DNA of 64,000 nt from Dehalococcoidia bacterium. Lineage in GTDB: Bacteria > Chloroflexota > Dehalococcoidia > Bin125. Positions 36,645 to 49,448 of the stretch are shown one piece after another. Position 1 is the first letter of the stretch; each line of letters begins with the position of its first letter. Both the position numbers and the translations under genes were made by a program. Location: positions 161 to 64,160 of the forward strand of contig JAJDYG010000030.1 of NCBI GenBank assembly GCA_022822855.1. The letters run 5' to 3'. The notes under the pieces are model-generated. The model searched no databases and was not told the DNA's origin. It was given only the letters and a program-made list of their open reading frames with translations.

Positions 36645-38723
36645 ATGAGGACGTTGTGGATCGTGGGCGGGCTGTTGCTGGCGGTGTGTCTGGCTGCCTG
36701 CGGGGATGAGCTACCGACGGCGGCGCAGTCTCAGCAGGCTGCGTCTGCCGCTCAGGAACCGCAGGCGGAAGCTGCGCAACAAGGGAGTGCGGCGCAAGCG
36801 GAGAACCAGGCACGGTCAGAGGCTGCGGCGACGGCGCTGCAGTCGGAGACGCAAGAGCAGCAGAACGACCCTGCTCACGAGGATCAGGCGGAGCCGGCGG
36901 TGGAGAGTGAGGCTGGGGCGGTTGAGGAGGAATCGGCTGAGGTTCGGGAGTCTGCGCCGAGTGACCTGACCGAGGTGCCGGCGGTGGTCGTGGCCGATGC
37001 GGAGATGCGAGTACGGCCTGGATTGGCCTGGGGCGTGAATCGGCAATTGGCGGCGGGCGACGAGGTGCTGGTCTTGAGTCGCATCAGTGGCTGGATGCAT
37101 ATCCGTGTCGACATCTGCGAGGGATGGGTGCGGTCGGATGTCCTGGACTTGGGAGAGGTCGATGAGTCCGACACTTTTGAGCAAGCGGCGGCGCCGATCA
37201 TCGCCGAGTGGCAAGGGGTCGAGTACGGCGTGATGGGTCAATCGGCGGATGCAGCGGAGGTGCGGTTGCTGAGCGAGTCTGACGAGATTGTGAGCGCGCC
37301 CAAGGACGAAGTGACGTTGCTGGCCAATGACATCACGGTTGACGACCTGCCGGTGCTGATCGGCGAGGAGACAGTCGTCTTCCCCGGCGACGACTTCCGC
37401 GCGGGTCAGGGAAAGATCCTGCCCCAGGCCGACGAGTGGATGTGGCTGCCCTGGGGTTGGCTACTCGCCCACAATGAGGAGTACATCTGGCAGTGGCGTC
37501 CGGAGAAGGACGAGCTGGAGTTCATCCGCCGGCCGCCGGGACGTGCTGGGTTCTCGCCCGGGGGCGAGAGCCTGGCGATCCTGACCTGCGGCGGCGAAGA
37601 GTCTTGCTTTCCCTACTTGGACGTCACGATCTTGCCTCTCGACGGCACGCCGTCGGTCAGGCTTATGGAACATGCCGAAGTCAACCCGAGTCTGGGTGCG
37701 TTGAAAGCAATCGACATGTTGCGGTGCGACGACGGGTGGTGCGACGACTTCTTCTGGACCAGCGACGGGCGGGGGCTGCTGATTCCGCTCGTGCCAGATA
37801 TCGCAACTGCTGCTTTTGCTGCCGGGCTACTCCATGTCGACCGAGAGTTGGCCATACTCAACCTGGCACCTCGTGATTCCAGGTTGCCCGGACATTGCGT
37901 TCCGCAACGGGTTCCCTACGGATACGGATGGAGACTGAGCTCCGATGACCTGGTGGCGTTCCTCGTTCGCTGTGAGATCGACGGTGATGAGCCGAACTTG
38001 CATCTGGCGTCCTATTACGCCAACGGCCAGTCGATCACGGTTGGACCTGCTCTTGAGTTCGCGGAGCAGGCCTCGACAGAGGAGTTGCCGCTTTCGGCCA
38101 TGTTTGGTGAGCTCAGCGATGACGCGTTCGAGATACGCGGCGGCACTCAAGGACACTCGATTGTCGTCGCGCCAGAGTCACACCAGCTATTCCTTCACGA
38201 CAAGGCAAGACGCGAGCATCGGCCTGTAGCCGACGTCTCGAAGGGAATTCCCGAGTGGTTCTGGAGAGTGCTCGTGCGTGGACCAAGTCTTGGACAATGG
38301 GATCTGTATTGGACAGATCACCACGTTGTCGTCGTTGCGCGAACACACGTTACCTGGGTTGTCGCCGGCCTGTTGGTCGATCTGGCCACAGCCGATTCGC
38401 TTCCGCTCGAGATTGGTTCGATCAGGACGTGGCCCTGCTTTCCGAACGGTGGATGGAATCCCGACGGCACGATTTTCCAGATTGAGTTCCAGGACTTCAC
38501 CAGTTATGAGCAGCTCGAAGACCATTGGAACGATGGAACCGCAACCCCTGGTGGCAAAATTGCGCAAAGGCAGATCGTGAACTCGGATGGCGAAACTCTC
38601 GCAGTGATGAGAGCGCTCGCGCACCTGAAGTTCACCGTGCCGACCCATATTGCCGGGTGGTCGGCGGATGGAGGCTGGTTGGCGATTGGCGGACATCAAG
38701 AACTGGGTCATTTCTGCGCCTGA
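36645..38723 (+). CDS. lipoprotein with bacterial SH3 domain and beta-rich (propeller-like) C-terminus
   Basis: Lipobox LAA-C, Ala/Glu/Gln linker, SH3b-like segment (MRVRPG...VLVLSRISGWMHI...GWV), FSPGG/WTSDG/WNPDG/WSADG repeats. Confidence 0.75.
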   Translation: MRTLWIVGGLLLAVCLAACGDELPTAAQSQQAASAAQEPQAEAAQQGSAAQAENQARSEAAATALQSETQEQQNDPAHEDQAEPAVESEAGAVEEESAEVRESAPSDLTEVPAVVVADAEMRVRPGLAWGVNRQLAAGDEVLVLSRISGWMHIRVDICEGWVRSDVLDLGEVDESDTFEQAAAPIIAEWQGVEYGVMGQSADAAEVRLLSESDEIVSAPKDEVTLLANDITVDDLPVLIGEETVVFPGDDFRAGQGKILPQADEWMWLPWGWLLAHNEEYIWQWRPEKDELEFIRRPPGRAGFSPGGESLAILTCGGEESCFPYLDVTILPLDGTPSVRLMEHAEVNPSLGALKAIDMLRCDDGWCDDFFWTSDGRGLLIPLVPDIATAAFAAGLLHVDRELAILNLAPRDSRLPGHCVPQRVPYGYGWRLSSDDLVAFLVRCEIDGDEPNLHLASYYANGQSITVGPALEFAEQASTEELPLSAMFGELSDDAFEIRGGTQGHSIVVAPESHQLFLHDKARREHRPVADVSKGIPEWFWRVLVRGPSLGQWDLYWTDHHVVVVARTHVTWVVAGLLVDLATADSLPLEIGSIRTWPCFPNGGWNPDGTIFQIEFQDFTSYEQLEDHWNDGTATPGGKIAQRQIVNSDGETLAVMRALAHLKFTVPTHIAGWSADGGWLAIGGHQELGHFCA

Positions 38724-38793
38724 GGGTCGCTCAGCGCCCGTTACACTGGATGTGTATGCCCTGATGTGGGGCTGACTGATTGGGGACTGCTGG

Positions 38794-41520
<2,727 letters not shown>

Positions 41521-41522
41521 GC

Positions 41523-42434
41523 ATGGCAGAGGCGTCGGCCGACACGACAGAGCATGCTGGGCAGGCAGGCGACAATCCCTTCCCGCATCTCGCCGGACGG
41601 GGGGACGGCGACGGTCCCTTCGAGACCGGCTTCGCTTCCGATCATGGTCCGGAGGACGAGCACATCGTCGACGGCGAGTTGATGGAGTTCGGTCCGGAGG
41701 CGCTGCTGGCGCAGTTTCACGCGCAGCTACACGCTGGGACGCCCTGGTTCGACGCGCTGCTGGATTGCATCCGCGACTGGGAATCGCCGCGCGAGACGTT
41801 CGACGGACGCGAGTATGTCTACCTGATCGAACACGAGGCGTTCGACTGGTTGCTGTTGGCCGAGCGGATCTGCGACTCGGCGCCTCCGGGACTGTTGCCG
41901 CGACATGAGGTCGAGGCGCTGCTGGTCGACGAATCACCGCCGACCACGCTGAGCGAGATCGAGTTCCAGGACCGCCTGGGTACGGCGAAGTACTGGGCGC
42001 ATCTGAACTTTCTCTACGGCGTGCGGGTCGAGCAGGCGCTGCACCTGGCCATGGAGCGCGTTCTGCAGAAGGAGCGGAGCGGACTCTCGTTCTCGCACGC
42101 CCGCAACGACCTGGACGGCGACGTCTTCGGCCGCATCTACGGCGCGCGGCAGGCGGAGCTGCTGCGCGAGTTTCGGTCGGCTGCCGACCGCTCGGACGCC
42201 GATCCGGAGCGGATCGAGCACGCCGAGTGGCAGGCATTCACCTATTGGCTCTTCCGGCGTCGGCTCGAGCGTCAGGATCCGGCGCGGGTCGCCTCGGATA
42301 CGCGGCAGGGGATGGAAATGCTCTACGAACTGGAAGCGGCCAAGCAGCGGCGCTTCCGACGCCGGGCTGCCGATGCCGAACGACCGGCCGACGATGCAGA
42401 GATTATCGACGGCGTACTCGTCGCTGTAGGTTAG
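41523..42434 (+). CDS. hypothetical helical protein
   Basis: Starts 2 nt after the secA stop; Trp/Tyr-rich motifs EAFDWLLLAER, LNFLYGVRVE, FTYWLF. Confidence 0.8.
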   Translation: MAEASADTTEHAGQAGDNPFPHLAGRGDGDGPFETGFASDHGPEDEHIVDGELMEFGPEALLAQFHAQLHAGTPWFDALLDCIRDWESPRETFDGREYVYLIEHEAFDWLLLAERICDSAPPGLLPRHEVEALLVDESPPTTLSEIEFQDRLGTAKYWAHLNFLYGVRVEQALHLAMERVLQKERSGLSFSHARNDLDGDVFGRIYGARQAELLREFRSAADRSDADPERIEHAEWQAFTYWLFRRRLERQDPARVASDTRQGMEMLYELEAAKQRRFRRRAADAERPADDAEIIDGVLVAVG

Positions 42435-42555
42435 GTTCGGCGCGCGCCCGGGCCAGAACGCGCCGAACCCACCAGTCGCTCCCCTCAGCCAGCCACTCCA
42501 CCAGCTCACCAGCCACACGCCACAAGCCAAGCCCAGCATCATGCGGAGTTCAGCC

Positions 42556-45408
42556 GTGACCACTACTGAATTCGACCTGTCAATCGTCAGCGGCCTGACC
42601 GGCGCCTACGACGCGTCGGTCGTCGAGGACCCGATCTACGCCTTCTGGGAGGACAACGGCTGGTTCCGGCCGACGGATGCCTCGGACAGCGACTCTTCGC
42701 GTGATTCCCGCGCGGGCGGGAAGGAGCCGTTCACCGTGATCATGCCGCCGCCGAACGTGACCGGCGTGCTGCACCTGGGCCACGCGGTGACGCTGACGAT
42801 CGAGGACGCCCTGATCCGCTGGCATCGGATGCTGGGCGAGCCGGCCCTCTGGCTGCCGGGCCTCGACCACGCCGGGATCGCGACCCAGAGCGTGGTCGAA
42901 CAGCAGCTCGCGCGCGAAGGGATGACCCGTCACGACCTGGGGCGCGAAGCGTTCGAGGAGCGGGTCTGGGACTGGGTCGGCGTGACTCGTCCGCGCATCA
43001 CCGCGCAGGCGCGGCGGATGGGCGCGTCCTGCGACTGGGAACGGACGGCCTTCACGCTGGATCCGACGCCGCGGGATGCGGTGCGGAAGACGTTCGTCGA
43101 TCTGTTCAAAGACGGCAAGATCTATCGCGGGGCGCGGATCATCAACTGGGATCCGCAGATGCTGACCGCGCTCTCCGATGTCGAAGTGGAGTACGAGGAG
43201 GAAGAAGGGAAACTCTGGCACGTCCGCTACCCGTTCGTCGACGAGCGCGGCAATGAGCTAGAGGATGGAGTGGTCATCGCGACCACCAGGCCGGAGACGA
43301 TTCCGGCAGACGTCGCCATTGCGGTCCACCCCGACGACGAGCGCTGGCAGCCGCATCTGGGTCGGCGCGTCCGACTGCCGCTGCGCGGCTTTGACCGCTT
43401 GATTCCGCTGATTGCCGATACCGGCGTCGACCTCGAGTTCGGCACCGGCGCGCTGAAGATCACGCCGGGACATGATCAGCTCGACTTTGAGATCGGCGAG
43501 CGTCACGGGCTGGAACCGATCCGCGTGGTCGACTGGGACGGCACGCTGACGGTCGAGGCCGGACTCTACGCCGGTATGGATCGGGACGAAGCGCGAGAGC
43601 TGGTCGCGCAGCATCTGGATCAGGACGGTTACCTGGTCGAGACCGAGACCCACGTCCATAACGTCGGGCACTCCCAGCGCTCCGGGGTGGTCGTGGAGCC
43701 GCTGGTCTCGAACCAGTGGTTCGTCGACACCGACGAGATGGCCGCCGAGGCGGCGCGGGTGGTGCGCGACGACGAAGTGCGGATCGTTCCCGAACGTTCC
43801 AAGAATGTCTACCTGCAGTGGATGGACAACATCCGACCGTGGTGCATCTCGCGGCAGCTCTGGTGGGGACACCGGATCCCGGCCTGGTACTGCCGAGTCT
43901 GCGACGCCGAGGCGATCATCACCGGAGACGACGGCGAGATCACGATCGACGAAGGGTCCAATCCAATCGTCGAGCTGGAGGATCCCACGAGTTGCCCGAC
44001 CTGCGGCCGGACGGAACTGGTGCAAGACCCCGACGTGCTCGACACCTGGTTCTCGTCTGGTCTGTGGACGCACTCGACGCTCGGCTGGCCCAATACGACC
44101 GACGATCTCTCGCGCTTCTATCCGTCCTCGGTGATGGAGACCGGCTACGACATTCTCTTTTTCTGGGTCGCGCGGATGATCATGCTGGGCTGCTACAACA
44201 TGGGCTCGGCGCCGTTCCACACGGTCTACCTGCACGGCCTGGTGCGCGACGCGCAGGGGCGCAAGATGTCGAAGTCGCTGGACAACGTGATCGACCCGCT
44301 GGAGAAAGCCGACCAGTACGGCATGGACGCGCTGCGCTTCACGCTCGCCACCGGCTCGACGCCGGGCAACGACATGCGCCTGACCGACGAACGGCTGGAG
44401 GGTTCGCGGAACTTCGCGAACAAGTTGTGGAACGGCGCGAAGTTCGTCCTCGGCGAGATAGCTCAGGCTGATCTCACCTCTCCCCCAGCGGGCCAGGCTG
44501 AGAAGGCTCCCCTTAACCTCTCCTCTCCCCCCGCGGAGCGGGGGGAGATGCCGCAGGCAGAGGGGGGTTCCCCGCTCGAAGACCGCTGGATCCTTTCCCG
44601 ACTCCAGGCTGTGACCGAGTCTGTCGACGAACTCCTGCGCCAGTTTCAGCTGGGAGAAGCGGGCAGGCAGATCCAGGACTTTCTCTGGGGCGAGTTCTTC
44701 GACTGGTACGTGGAAGCCAGCAAGGTGCGGCTACGGAACGGTGATCTCACGCCGCTTCCGGTGCTGACCAAAGTGCTTGACGGCGGGCTGCGGTTGCTGC
44801 ATCCGTGGATGCCGTTCGTGACCGAGGCGATCTGGCAGCAACTGCGGCCGCATCTTGGCGACGACGCGGATGCGACGGCGTTGATCGGCGCTCAGTATCC
44901 GCAACCGGGCGACTCAGCGCGGGACCTTGAGGCCGAGGAGGCCTTCTCAGCGGTGCAGGAGATCGTCACCGCGGTTCGCCAGGTGCGGGCCGACTACCGC
45001 GTGCAGGCCGGCCAGTGGGCGGAGGCGTACGTCCTGCCCCAGACCGAGGTCGCCGACGCGGTCAGCGCCTCTGCGCCGATCGTTGAAGTGCTGTCACGAG
45101 CTCGACCATTGACCATCGTTGCTGAGCGAGCCCAAGCTCCCACCGACCAGATCGCGTCTGCCGTGCTGCCCGCCGCGGAAGTCATCCTGCCGTTGGGGGG
45201 ACTGGTTGACCTCGAGCAGGAGCGAGCCCGGCTGAACAAGGACCTCGAAGGCATCCTCAAACGACTTCGCGGCGCCGAGGCGAAGTTGGCCAACGAGGGC
45301 TTCCGCTCGAAAGCCCCGGCCGAGGTCGTGAAACAGGCGGAAGAGCTGGCCGCCGATCTCCAGCGTCAGCAGGCTGATCTGGAGTCGCGGATTGGGGCGC
45401 TGGGCTAA
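42556..45408 (+). CDS. valS: valine--tRNA ligase
   Basis: PPPNVTG.LHLGH (HIGH), ATTRPET, WCISRQLWWGH, KMSKS, C-terminal coiled coil. Confidence 0.98.
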   Translation: MTTTEFDLSIVSGLTGAYDASVVEDPIYAFWEDNGWFRPTDASDSDSSRDSRAGGKEPFTVIMPPPNVTGVLHLGHAVTLTIEDALIRWHRMLGEPALWLPGLDHAGIATQSVVEQQLAREGMTRHDLGREAFEERVWDWVGVTRPRITAQARRMGASCDWERTAFTLDPTPRDAVRKTFVDLFKDGKIYRGARIINWDPQMLTALSDVEVEYEEEEGKLWHVRYPFVDERGNELEDGVVIATTRPETIPADVAIAVHPDDERWQPHLGRRVRLPLRGFDRLIPLIADTGVDLEFGTGALKITPGHDQLDFEIGERHGLEPIRVVDWDGTLTVEAGLYAGMDRDEARELVAQHLDQDGYLVETETHVHNVGHSQRSGVVVEPLVSNQWFVDTDEMAAEAARVVRDDEVRIVPERSKNVYLQWMDNIRPWCISRQLWWGHRIPAWYCRVCDAEAIITGDDGEITIDEGSNPIVELEDPTSCPTCGRTELVQDPDVLDTWFSSGLWTHSTLGWPNTTDDLSRFYPSSVMETGYDILFFWVARMIMLGCYNMGSAPFHTVYLHGLVRDAQGRKMSKSLDNVIDPLEKADQYGMDALRFTLATGSTPGNDMRLTDERLEGSRNFANKLWNGAKFVLGEIAQADLTSPPAGQAEKAPLNLSSPPAERGEMPQAEGGSPLEDRWILSRLQAVTESVDELLRQFQLGEAGRQIQDFLWGEFFDWYVEASKVRLRNGDLTPLPVLTKVLDGGLRLLHPWMPFVTEAIWQQLRPHLGDDADATALIGAQYPQPGDSARDLEAEEAFSAVQEIVTAVRQVRADYRVQAGQWAEAYVLPQTEVADAVSASAPIVEVLSRARPLTIVAERAQAPTDQIASAVLPAAEVILPLGGLVDLEQERARLNKDLEGILKRLRGAEAKLANEGFRSKAPAEVVKQAEELAADLQRQQADLESRIGALG
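44524..44567. repeat. palindromic repeat family A copy inside the valS reading frame
   Basis: tctccccccgcggagcggggggagatgccgcaggcagagggggg, a near reverse complement of 47110-47153; translates as SPPAERGEMPQAEGG. Confidence 0.85.
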
Positions 45409-45412
45409 GCGG

Positions 45413-45961
45413 TCAGGCTCGCACGCCGCGCCGCACCCTGGCGAGCACCAGGCTCGATCCGACCGCCACTACGGCGGCCAGGGCGTTGAACAGCATGTCG
45501 ACCGGATCGAACACTCGGTCCGGCAGCGCGAGCTGGATGACTTCGTCGACCACCCCGATCGCCGCCACGATGAGGATGGCGACGACTCCGGGCAGACGCG
45601 CGCCACGGCCCTGATCGGCGCGTTCGGTCAGGGCGGCGTGGATGAAGACCGCCAGCACGCCGAACTCGATCAGGTGTGAGCGCTCGGCGAGGGTCAGGCG
45701 CAGGAGCACCATCAGGATGACGGCAGCAATGCCGAACGCGACGGCGATCTCAATGTGCGTCGGCTTCGATTGCAACCCGTCGGTCAACACCGTCGCCGCA
45801 ACAAGGAGCAATGCCAGGCTGAACGCCACCGCGCCCGCGGTATCGTCGTTGAGCAGATCAACCAGTCTCCCGCTGAGTCCGAGAGAGGCAAAGATCAGCG
45901 CGACGACCGCGAACGTCCAGAGCCAGAGCCGGCGTTCACGCCGAGAGCTGAAGAAGCCCAT
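45413..45961 (-). CDS. VanZ-like membrane protein
   Basis: Several TM helices; HLIEFGVLA and DEVIQLALPDRVFDPVDMLFN. Confidence 0.75.
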   Translation of the reverse strand: MGFFSSRRERRLWLWTFAVVALIFASLGLSGRLVDLLNDDTAGAVAFSLALLLVAATVLTDGLQSKPTHIEIAVAFGIAAVILMVLLRLTLAERSHLIEFGVLAVFIHAALTERADQGRGARLPGVVAILIVAAIGVVDEVIQLALPDRVFDPVDMLFNALAAVVAVGSSLVLARVRRGVRA

Positions 45962-45989
45962 CCCGTCGCGGCTCGCCTGTTTCAGTTCG

Positions 45990-47036
45990 TCAGAGACTGA
46001 GCTTCGACAGCGCGGCGAGGAACTCGGGCACGTCGGTGCGGAAGTCGTCGGCGTTGACGCCGTCGTTGGCGGCCAGGTGCGCGGCGAGCAGTTGCGCCGG
46101 GACGACGGCGGGAATCGTGAGGAGCTCGGGGGAGAGTTCGGGCAGCACGAGGTGGCGGGCGGACTCGGGGCCGGGCGCACGTTGCGGCGCAACCCAGGCG
46201 GCGGCGCAACCGTTGTCCATTGTCAGTTGCGTGATGGCGCGGGTTCGCCCGGCTGAGTCGTCATTGGCGGCAAAGGCGAGAATTCGGTCGGAGTCGACGA
46301 GCTGGATGGCCGGACCGTGGAGGAATGATTCAGGTTCCTGGTGACGTACCGCCCGACGCGAGGCCTCGGCGATCTTGATGTGCGCCTCCTCGGCGGCGGT
46401 CAGCATCGGTCCGGCACCGAGCGCGATCAATGCTCCCGACGACCACTCCTCCGCCAACTCGGCGATCTCATCCTCCAGCTTGAGCGCCGACGCCAATGCC
46501 GACGGAACCTCCGAGATGTCGCCCAACGCGCCGGGCGAGACGAGGTCGGCGATCTTCGCGGCCGCGGTCATCGCCGTGGTGTGGGAGACGGTGTACATCG
46601 AAGACGGATCCTGCGTTGTGGTGTGCAGGACGGTCACGCTGTCGGGGAAGGAATCGAGATCGAATCCGGTCTCGATCTTGGTGATGAGCACGGTTGGGAT
46701 GCCGCGCTCGATGCACAGATCGAGCGAGTGTCCGCTGTAGGTCTTGCGGCCGGTGTGGGCGAAGAGCAGGACGGCGTCGCCGTCGGCGACGGTCGGCCAG
46801 GTCGCGAACTCGAAGCTGGTCAGTGGGCGGGCCTCGAGTCCGGCGGCGCGCAGCATCCAACTGGCCGCGTTGGCGGCGTTGAACGAGGTGCCGATGCCGA
46901 CGGTCCAGACGCGCGTCGCTGCAGAGAGCGTCTGCGCCGCGCGACTGAAGGGTTGGACACTGCTGAGGACCTTGGCGCACTCGGAGGGTTGCGCCTGGAT
47001 CGCGGGGTAGAGGCGGTAGTCGCTGATTGAGACCAT
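45990..47036 (-). CDS. SIS-domain sugar isomerase (GlmS C-terminal/AgaS-like)
   Basis: I.AQP, GIGTSFNAA, AHTGR, KIAE, ESFLHGP. Confidence 0.85.
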   Translation of the reverse strand: MVSISDYRLYPAIQAQPSECAKVLSSVQPFSRAAQTLSAATRVWTVGIGTSFNAANAASWMLRAAGLEARPLTSFEFATWPTVADGDAVLLFAHTGRKTYSGHSLDLCIERGIPTVLITKIETGFDLDSFPDSVTVLHTTTQDPSSMYTVSHTTAMTAAAKIADLVSPGALGDISEVPSALASALKLEDEIAELAEEWSSGALIALGAGPMLTAAEEAHIKIAEASRRAVRHQEPESFLHGPAIQLVDSDRILAFAANDDSAGRTRAITQLTMDNGCAAAWVAPQRAPGPESARHLVLPELSPELLTIPAVVPAQLLAAHLAANDGVNADDFRTDVPEFLAALSKLSL

Positions 47037-47109
47037 GTTGTCGGACCTCGGATCTTCCGCCTTGACGGCAGCCAGTTGAGTGGACAGATTGGGCGTCGGC
47101 TGACCAGCG

Positions 47110-47153
47110 CCCCCCTCTGCCTTCGGCATCTCCCCCCGCGGAGCGGGGGCAGA
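47110..47153. repeat. palindromic repeat family A copy
   Basis: cccccctctgccttcggcatctccccccgcggagcgggggcaga. Confidence 0.8.
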
Positions 47154-47195
47154 ACGGGAGTCGTCAGGTCGTCTTCGCCTGTGCGGATCAGTGCG

Positions 47196-48338
47196 TCAGG
47201 CGACCGCGCCGGCTGTCTTGAGGTCTTCGCCCTGCGAGCCGTTGAGGCCGATTTCGGCGAGGATTTCGTCGGTGTGCTCTCCTGGATAGGCGGGCGGGCC
47301 CTGGATCGCGGACTTGGTACGGCTGAACCTCGGAGCCGGCGCGGGTTGGACGACGCCGGCGACCTCTTCGAATGCGCCGCGCGCCTTGGCATGCGGGTGA
47401 TTTGGCGCTTCCCAGGGCTCGAGCACGGGGCCGAAGCAGACGTCCGAGCCCTCAAAGATCGCTTCCCACTCGGCGCGGGTCTTGGTGCGGAAGATGGCGG
47501 TCACGCGATCCTTGAGCTCGGGCCAGCGGGTGTTGTCCATCTGGTGCGGCAGTTCCTCGTTCTCGAGGCCGAGCAAGTGCAGCAGCTCGGCGTAGAATTG
47601 CGGCTCGATCGAGCCGATCGAGACGAATTTGCCGTCCAGCGTCTCGTAGGCGTCGTAGAAGTGCGCGCCGGTGTCGAGCACGTTGGCCGCGCGGCCGCGT
47701 CGCCAGCCGCCCGTGGCGAGTCCGGCGTGGACCGAGGTGATCAGCGACGATGCGCCGTCGACCATGGCCGCGTCTACCACCTGTCCCTTGCCCGAGCGCT
47801 GCGCTTCGATGAGGGCGCCCAGCATGCCCACGGCGAGGTACATGCCGCCGCCACCGAAGTCGCCGACGAGATTGAGCGGAGGCACCGGGACCTGGCCCTT
47901 GCGGGCGATCGGCGCGAGCGCGCCGGCCAGCGAGATGTAGTTGATGTCGTGGCCGGCCATCTGCGCGTACGGACCTTCCTGGCCCCAGCCCGTCATGCGG
48001 CCGTAGACGACCTTTGGGTTGCGCTCGAGGCAGACGTCGGGACCGAGGCCCAGGCGCTCCATCACGCCGGGCCGGAAGCCCTCGAACAGCGCGTCGGCGC
48101 CCTCGATCAGCTTGAGCGCGACCTCGACGCCCTCGGGGTTCTTGAGGTCGAGCGCGATCGAGCGGCGGCCGCGGGCGAGCAAGTCGCCGGGCGGGTTGAC
48201 CGGCGCTTCGCCGGGCGCGTTCGAGGCGCGGTCGATGCGGACGATGTCGGCGCCCATGTCGGACAGGATCATGCCGCAGAACGGCCCCGGTCCGATGCCC
48301 TGAAATTCAATGATCCGAATGCCGCTCAGCGGTCCCAT
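47196..48338 (-). CDS. CaiB/BaiF family III CoA-transferase, alpha-methylacyl-CoA racemase-like
   Basis: GIGPGPF, EGFRPGVMERLGLG, AGHDINY, NLVGDFGGG, PAPAPRFSRT. Confidence 0.92.
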   Translation of the reverse strand: MGPLSGIRIIEFQGIGPGPFCGMILSDMGADIVRIDRASNAPGEAPVNPPGDLLARGRRSIALDLKNPEGVEVALKLIEGADALFEGFRPGVMERLGLGPDVCLERNPKVVYGRMTGWGQEGPYAQMAGHDINYISLAGALAPIARKGQVPVPPLNLVGDFGGGGMYLAVGMLGALIEAQRSGKGQVVDAAMVDGASSLITSVHAGLATGGWRRGRAANVLDTGAHFYDAYETLDGKFVSIGSIEPQFYAELLHLLGLENEELPHQMDNTRWPELKDRVTAIFRTKTRAEWEAIFEGSDVCFGPVLEPWEAPNHPHAKARGAFEEVAGVVQPAPAPRFSRTKSAIQGPPAYPGEHTDEILAEIGLNGSQGEDLKTAGAVA

Positions 48339-48407
48339 ATCGTGCTCCTCACGTGCGCAACGCGCTTGATCTGAACGTGGTCGTCTTCAGTGGCAGAGTA
48401 ACGCGCC

Positions 48408-48893
48408 ATGAGCTTGCAGATAGAACCGGTTGGCCACGAAGCCGCGCCCGAGGTGATCGAGCTGATCCACCGCGTCTTCGACGAGTACGGGTTTATCTGG
48501 GATCCCGAGGACGAGTTCTGGGATCTGCTGGCCGAAGAGCGGGCGTTTCCGTACCGCTCGCCGATCGGCGGGATGTGGGTCATGCGCGACGAGGAGGGCG
48601 TGGTCGTTGGCTCGGTTGCGGCCAATCGGGTCGATGGACCGTCTGTCGAGTTGCATCGGCTGTATCTGGATTCGCACCTGCGTGGGCAAGGCCTGGGCCG
48701 GAAGCTGTTCGAGACCGCAGTCGACTGGGCCCGCACACATGGCGCCTGGCGGATCGAGCTCTGGTCGGACACTCGGTTTGAGGATGCGCACCGGTTGTAT
48801 GAACGTCTCGGTTACGTCAAGACGGAGTCTCGGAAGCTGGATGACGTGAACGAGACGGTCGAGTTCAAGTTCGAGCGGGACATCGCGCCGTGA
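48408..48893 (+). CDS. GNAT-family N-acetyltransferase
   Basis: ELHRLYL...RGQGLGRKL, AHRLYERLGY. Confidence 0.9.
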   Translation: MSLQIEPVGHEAAPEVIELIHRVFDEYGFIWDPEDEFWDLLAEERAFPYRSPIGGMWVMRDEEGVVVGSVAANRVDGPSVELHRLYLDSHLRGQGLGRKLFETAVDWARTHGAWRIELWSDTRFEDAHRLYERLGYVKTESRKLDDVNETVEFKFERDIAP

Positions 48894-48906
48894 AGGATGA
48901 GCTCAC

Positions 48907-49107
48907 ATGCCGAAAGTGAGGGACGCAATCAGATTCGTCGAGAGTGATGGATGGGTGATCGATCGCATGCGCGGTAGCCATCGAATGTTCCCGCATCCAA
49001 CGAAACCAGGCGAGGTGGTGATTCCTGGGCACCCCTCCAAGGATCTTCGCGTGAAGACGTGGCGGAGTATCCTGAGGCAGGCCGGCTTGAGGGAGGAAAG
49101 ACGATGA
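48907..49107 (+). CDS. hicA: type II toxin HicA family
   Basis: GW...RGSH (catalytic His)...VVIPGH...ILRQAG. Confidence 0.9.
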   Translation: MPKVRDAIRFVESDGWVIDRMRGSHRMFPHPTKPGEVVIPGHPSKDLRVKTWRSILRQAGLREERR

Positions 49108-49433
49108 AGCTGCAGTACGCCGTGGTCTTTGAGCGGGCCCCGAACAACTACTGCGCGTACATTCCCGACATTCCCGGTTGCATCGCTGCTGACGACACGC
49201 TCGAGGGCACGAGAACGATGATGCGAGAGGCGATCGAGTTCCTCTTCGAGACGAAGCAGGAACGGGGCGAGCCGATTCCGATGCCGACTATGAACGTGCT
49301 GGAGGCCATGGCCTATCACGCCTCGGACCTGGACGACGTGACGGATGCAGACTTTGGGTCCGGCTACGAGGCGACTGTGGCGTTAGTGGAGGTCGAGCTG
49401 GCGCCGGGCGCGGCTGAGGCGGCCGGTGGCTAA
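49104..49433 (+). CDS. hicB: type II antitoxin HicB family
   Basis: YAVVFE...YCAYIPDIPGC...T.E...EAI; ATGA overlap with hicA. Confidence 0.88.
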   Translation: MKLQYAVVFERAPNNYCAYIPDIPGCIAADDTLEGTRTMMREAIEFLFETKQERGEPIPMPTMNVLEAMAYHASDLDDVTDADFGSGYEATVALVEVELAPGAAEAAGG

Positions 49434-49448
49434 CCGCACGGTCTCAGT

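Noticed and set aside
42435-42555. T-box leader before valS
   Set aside because: The region is short and C/A-rich, with no GGTGGNACCGCG T-box sequence or terminator.
47037-47129. N-terminal extension of the SIS protein starting MPKAEGG
   Set aside because: That ATG lies inside a family-A palindrome; the likely start is ATG 47036, which has a GAGG RBS.
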